Shown piece after piece: positions 58,771 through 64,000 of a DNA stretch of 64,000 nucleotides. The stretch is from Macrostomum lignano. Lineage: Eukaryota. Made by a program: the position numbers and the translations under genes. The stretch covers positions 62,001 through 126,000 of the forward strand of contig NIVC01000312.1 of NCBI GenBank assembly GCA_002269645.1. Reading direction: 5' to 3'. The notes below the pieces were generated by a model that was not told where the DNA came from, made no database searches, and saw only the letters and a program-made list of their open reading frames with translations. Every line of letters starts with the position of its first letter. Position 1 is the first letter of the stretch.

Positions 58771-61700
58771 GGCTATTTTCTTGCCCTAAAAAGCCCCTTG
58801 CTCTTCTCTTGCATTCTGTTTCCTGAGACTGGCAATTTAGGCTTTACATAAAAAAATTGGTCACCAAAATAGGAATGCGCTCCTTTTGCAAACGACTTAT
58901 TAGTGAAGACGCCATTGCACTGCTGTTAATAGGTGCTTGAACTCTTTAATCATTAATGACAGCAAACCGCCTTTAATCCAGGTAGTATTCTGGCAGTGGG
59001 TGAACCAGTCGTTCAACGCTCTGGTGAACTACACCAACAGGAATGCCAACTCGGGCATCACCAGTCAGCAGCTGATGATTGCTTACACAAGCGCCACCGG
59101 CTCTGCCATTGCCGTGTCTCTCGGGCTCAAAGCTTTCCTGGCTAAACGAGCGCCTCCGTTTGCCCAACGATTCGTACCGTTCGTTGCTGTTGCCGCAGCT
59201 AATTTGGTTAATCTGCCGCTGATGCGACAGGCTGAACTGCTGCAAGGAGTGCAGGTCAAGGATGAGAACGGAAATCAGGTTGGCACGTCTCGGGTAAGTT
59301 TTATGCTCACTGCCTGGTAGGTTTGGCCCTACTAACCGCGACCAGCTCTGCTTAACTTGCAGCACTTCCAGATGTACATAGGGTCCAGTCTGATAGGACA
59401 TCCGAGATGTACATAGGGTATATAGTCTTCTTGGACATCCGAGATGTACATAGGGTATATAGTCTTCTTGGACATCCGAGATGTACATAGGGTATATAGT
59501 CTTCTTGGACATCCGAGATGTACATAGGGTATATAGTCTTCTTGGACATCCGAGATGTACATAGGGTATATAGTCTTCTTGGACATCCGAGATGTACATA
59601 GGGTATATAGTCTTCTTGGACATCCGAGATGTACATAGGGTATATAGTCTTCTTGGACATCCGAGATGTACATAGGGTATATAGTCTTCTTGGACATCCG
59701 AGATGTACATAGGGTATATAGTCTTCTTGGACATCCGAGATGTACATAGGGTATATAGTCTTCTTGGACATCCGAGATGTACATAGGGTATATAGTCTTC
59801 TTGGACATCCGAGATGTACATAGGGTATATAGTCTTCTTGGACATCCGAGATGTACATAGGGTATATAGTCTTCTTGGACATCCGAGATGTACATAGGCT
59901 CAGTGTGTTTATGCAATCTTCCAATCCAATTTTCCAGTACGCCGCTTGCAAAGGCATCGGTCAGGTCGTCACGTCGCGTATCACCATTGCTGCGCCGGGA
60001 ATGCGTGAGTAGTCATGGAAACCAAAAATTTCCATATAGACCTACATGTAGTTGCTTCTGCTGCATAGGCATTGTGTACCAAAATGTTTCCTTGCAGTTC
60101 AGGTACCCGAACCTAGCAATCCAGGTTTCTAACCTAGCAATCCAGGTTTCTAACCTAGAAATCCAGGTTTCTAACCTAGCAATCCAGGTTTCTAACCTAG
60201 CAATCCAGGTTTCTAACCTAGCAATCCAGGTTTCTAACCTAGAAATCCAGGTTTCTAACCTAGCAATCCAGGTTTCTAACCTAGCAATCCAGGTTTCTAA
60301 CCTAGCAATCCAGGTTTCTAACCTAGCAATCCAGGTTTCTAACCTAGCAATCCAGGTTTCTAACCTAGCAATCCAGGTTTCTAACCTAGCAATCCAGGTT
60401 TCTAACCTAACAGTCTAGATATTTGACCTAATAGTCCATGTACTTTATCTAGCCTAGCAGTCCGTGTACTCTACATAACCTAACAGTCCAGATATCTGAC
60501 TTAGTAGTCTATATACTCTATCTAGCCTAGCAGTCCATGTACTCTACCTAACCTATCAGTCCAGATATCTAACCAGAAATTCGGCTATCTTTTAGCCATA
60601 CATCTTTTACATGGTCTAGGTGTCCAATCCAGCCGACCCTAGTAGTCCATGTGTTTAACCCGCGCTCATAAATCCTCGCAGTGGTGACGCCGTTCATCAT
60701 GGATCGTCTGGAGACGGCCCGTTGGTTTGCCAGGCGCCGAGCGGTCCTGGACGCTCCACTGCAGACGCTGTTTATTGGCAGCTTGTGAGTGCCTGTGGCT
60801 GCTGCTGTTAATGTATAGTTTAGCTTTTGTATTGATTCATAACATTTGAGTCTAAATGTTTTTTCTCAATTCAAGCCTGCTGTTCATGGTGCCGACTGGG
60901 TGTGCCATTTTTCCGCAAAACAGGTGAGTTATTCAGATGCAGTTCGTGACCCTATATTGTAAGTTAGGGTCTATGAGAATCGGCCTTGAATCATCCATTA
61001 GAATCGGCCCTGAACCATCCATGAGAATCGCCCCTGAATCATCCATGGGAATCACCCCTGAATAATCCATGAGAATCGCCCCTGAATCATCCATGGGAAT
61101 CACCCCTGAATAATCCATGAGAATCACCCCTGAATAATCCATGAGAATCGCCCCTGAATCATCCATGGGAATCACCCCTGAATAATCCATGAGAATCACC
61201 CCTGAATCATCCATGAGAATCACCCCTGAATAATCCATGAGAATCGCCCCTGAATCATCCATGGGAATCACCCCTGAATAATCCATGAGAATCACCCCTG
61301 AATAATCCATGAGAATCGCCCCTGAATCATCCATGGGAATCACCCCTGAATCATCCATGGGAATCACCCCTGAATAATCCATGAGAATCGGCCCTGAATC
61401 ATCCATGAGAATCACCCCTGAATAATCCATGATAATCGCCCCTGAACCATCCATGAGAATCGGCCCTGAACCAGCCATGAGAATCGGCCCTGAACCAGCC
61501 ATGAGAATCGGCCCTGAACCATCCATGAGAATCGCCCCTGAACCATCCATGAGAATCGGCCCTGAACCATCCATGAGAATCGGCTCTGAACCAGCCATGA
61601 GAATCGGCCCTGAACCATCCATGAGAATCGCCCCTGAACCATCCATAAAAATCGCCCCTGAACCATCCATGAGAATCGCCCCTGAACCATCCATGAGAAT

Positions 61701-63990
61701 CGGCTCTGAACCATCCATGAGAATCGGCTCTGAACCAGCCATGAGAATCCGCCCTGAACCATCCATGAGAATCGGCCCTGAACCATCCATGAGAATCGGC
61801 CCTGAACCATCCATGAGAATCGCCCCTAAACCATCCATGAGAATCGGCCCTGAACCATCCATGAGAATCGGCCCTGAATCATCCATGGGAATCACCCCTG
61901 AATAATCCATGAGAATCGCCCCTGAATCATCCATGGGAATCACCCCTGAATAATCCATGAGAATCACCCCTGAATAATCCATGAGAATCGCCCCTGAATC
62001 ATCCATGGGAATCACCCCTGAATAATCCATGAGAATCACCCCTGAATCATCCATGAGAATCACCCCTGAATAATCCATGAGAATCGCCCCTGAATCATCC
62101 ATGGGAATCACCCCTGAATAATCCATGAGAATCACCCCTGAATAATCCATGAGAATCGCCCCTGAATCATCCATGGGAATCACCCCTGAATCATCCATGG
62201 GAATCACCCCTGAATAATCCATGAGAATCGGCCCTGAATCATCCATGAGAATCACCCCTGAATAATCCATGATAATCGCCCCTGAACCATCCATGAGAAT
62301 CGGCCCTGAACCAGCCATGAGAATCGGCCCTGAACCAGCCATGAGAATCGGCCCTGAACCATCCATGAGAATCGCCCCTGAACCATCCATGAGAATCGGC
62401 CCTGAACCATCCATGAGAATCGGCTCTGAACCAGCCATGAGAATCGGCCCTGAACCATCCATGAGAATCGCCCCTGAACCATCCATAAAAATCGCCCCTG
62501 AACCATCCATGAGAATCGCCCCTGAACCATCCATGAGAATCGGCTCTGAACCATCCATGAGAATCGGCTCTGAACCAGCCATGAGAATCCGCCCTGAACC
62601 ATCCATGAGAATCGGCCCTGAACCATCCATGAGAATCGGCCCTGAACCATCCATGAGAATCGCCCCTAAACCATCCATGAGAATCGGCCCTGAACCATCC
62701 ATGAGAATCGGCCCTGAATCATCCATGGGAATCACCCCTGAATAATCCATGAGAATCGCCCCTGAATCATCCATGGGAATCACCCCTGAATAATCCATGA
62801 GAATCACCCCTGAATAATCCATGAGAATCGCCCCTGAATCATCCATGGGAATCACCCCTGAATAATCCATGAGAATCACCCCTGAATCATCCATGAGAAT
62901 CACCCCTGAATAATCCATGAGAATCGCCCCTGAATCATCCATGGGAATCACCCCTGAATAATCCATGAGAATCACCCCTGAATAATCCATGAGAATCGCC
63001 CCTGAATCATCCATGGGAATCACCCCTGAATCATCCATGGGAATCACCCCTGAATAATCCATGAGAATCGGCCCTGAATCATCCATGAGAATCACCCCTG
63101 AATAATCCATGATAATCGCCCCTGAACCATCCATGAGAATCGGCCCTGAACCAGCCATGAGAATCGGCCCTGAACCAGCCATGAGAATCGGCCCTGAACC
63201 ATCCATGAGAATCGCCCCTGAACCATCCATGAGAATCGGCCCTGAACCATCCATGAGAATCGGCTCTGAACCAGCCATGAGAATCGGCCCTGAACCATCC
63301 ATGAGAATCGCCCCTGAACCATCCATAAAAATCGCCCCTGAACCATCCATGAGAATCGCCCCTGAACCATCCATGAGAATCGGCTCTGAACCATCCATGA
63401 GAATCGGCTCTGAACCAGCCATGAGAATCCGCCCTGAACCATCCATGAGAATCGGCCCTGAACCATCCATGAGAATCGGCCCTGAACCATCCATGAGAAT
63501 CGCCCCTAAACCATCCATGAGAATCGGCCCTGAACCATCCATGAGAATCGGCCCTGAATAATCCATGAGAATCGCCCCTGAATCATCCATGAGAATCGGC
63601 CCTGAATCATCCATAAGAATCGGCCCTGAAACATCTATGAGAATCGGCCCTGAATCATCCATGAGAATCGGCCCTGAATCATCCATGAGAATCGGCCCTG
63701 AATCATCCATAAGAATCGGCCCTGAAACATCTATGAGAATGGCCCCTGAATCGCCCCTTGAATCGCTAGTCAGAATACATGTTAACTGTTATTTCTTAGA
63801 AACTATCAGGTCATTGCGCATTCTCTAGTAATAATTTATAACCCGACTCTTAAATTCTCTATTGATTTCTCAAACCCTCAGCTCCGTGTCGCTGCAACAG
63901 CTGAAGCGCTTTGACGAGCCTGAGTACGCCAAACTCAAAGCTAAAGGCTATTCTGATGGTCAAAAATTATACTTTAATAAGGGCCTATAA
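58135..63990 (+). CDS. SFXN2: Sideroflexin-2-like; exons 58135-58473, 58982-59293, 59938-60004, 60682-60784, 60876-60923, 63882-63990
   Basis: [88 protein letters not shown]; all junctions GT-AG and phase-consistent (0,0,1,2,2). Confidence 0.93.
59370..59897. repeat. 37-bp minisatellite in a SFXN2 intron
   Basis: GGACATCCGAGATGTACATAGGGTATATAGTCTTCTT, head-to-tail, no spacers. Confidence 0.95.
60105..60410. repeat. 21-bp minisatellite (CCAGGTTTCTAACCTAGCAAT)n
   Basis: Read directly. Confidence 0.95.
60970..63760. repeat. 24-bp minisatellite with an 840-bp higher-order repeat in the last SFXN2 intron
   Basis: CCATGAGAATCGGCCCTGAACCAT monomers; identical ORF blocks start at 61429, 62269 and 63109. 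Confidence 0.95.
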
Positions 63991-64000
63991 ATCTCTCAGA

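Noticed and set aside
59370-59897. CRISPR-like array (37-bp repeats)
   Set aside because: Units are head-to-tail with no unique spacers, the context is a eukaryotic intron, and there are no cas genes.
60933-63710. 925-aa minus-strand ORF (MDDSGPIL repeats)
   Set aside because: Antisense reading of a 24-bp minisatellite within the last SFXN2 intron.

Overview
Eukaryotic (invertebrate animal) genomic DNA with spliceosomal introns. GC-rich exons separated by introns full of mini/microsatellites resemble a flatworm such as Macrostomum (inference only). Host genes all lie on the + strand: the 3' end of a MOSPD2-like gene, CCDC138-like, NAA40, HAAO, GATB, GUCD1, an unnamed multi-RRM-like gene (or gene pair) and SFXN2. 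The main discovery is an 8751-bp EnSpm/CACTA-type (CMC) DNA transposon at 1569-10319, with 11-bp TIRs and a TA target duplication, inserted into a minisatellite in the last MOSPD2 intron. It carries four co-oriented minus-strand genes: a DDE transposase, a small Cys/His ORF, a compact CtIP/Sae2 (RBBP8) homologue and a coiled-coil + BEN-domain gene. In the CtIP homologue the CDK site equivalent to human T847 is an Asp, and there are five tandem acidic S-E-T-Q repeats. Each start codon sits just after a 3' splice acceptor, suggesting a trans-spliced operon. From about 19.7 to 36.5 kb lies an AT-rich, CpG-stripped, TpA-rich block of decayed transposons (KDZ/Zisupton-type and EnSpm-type relics, a SINE) with younger CpG-rich MITEs. 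All family assignments come from hand alignment to remembered motifs; no database search was run. Repeat boundaries are approximate.
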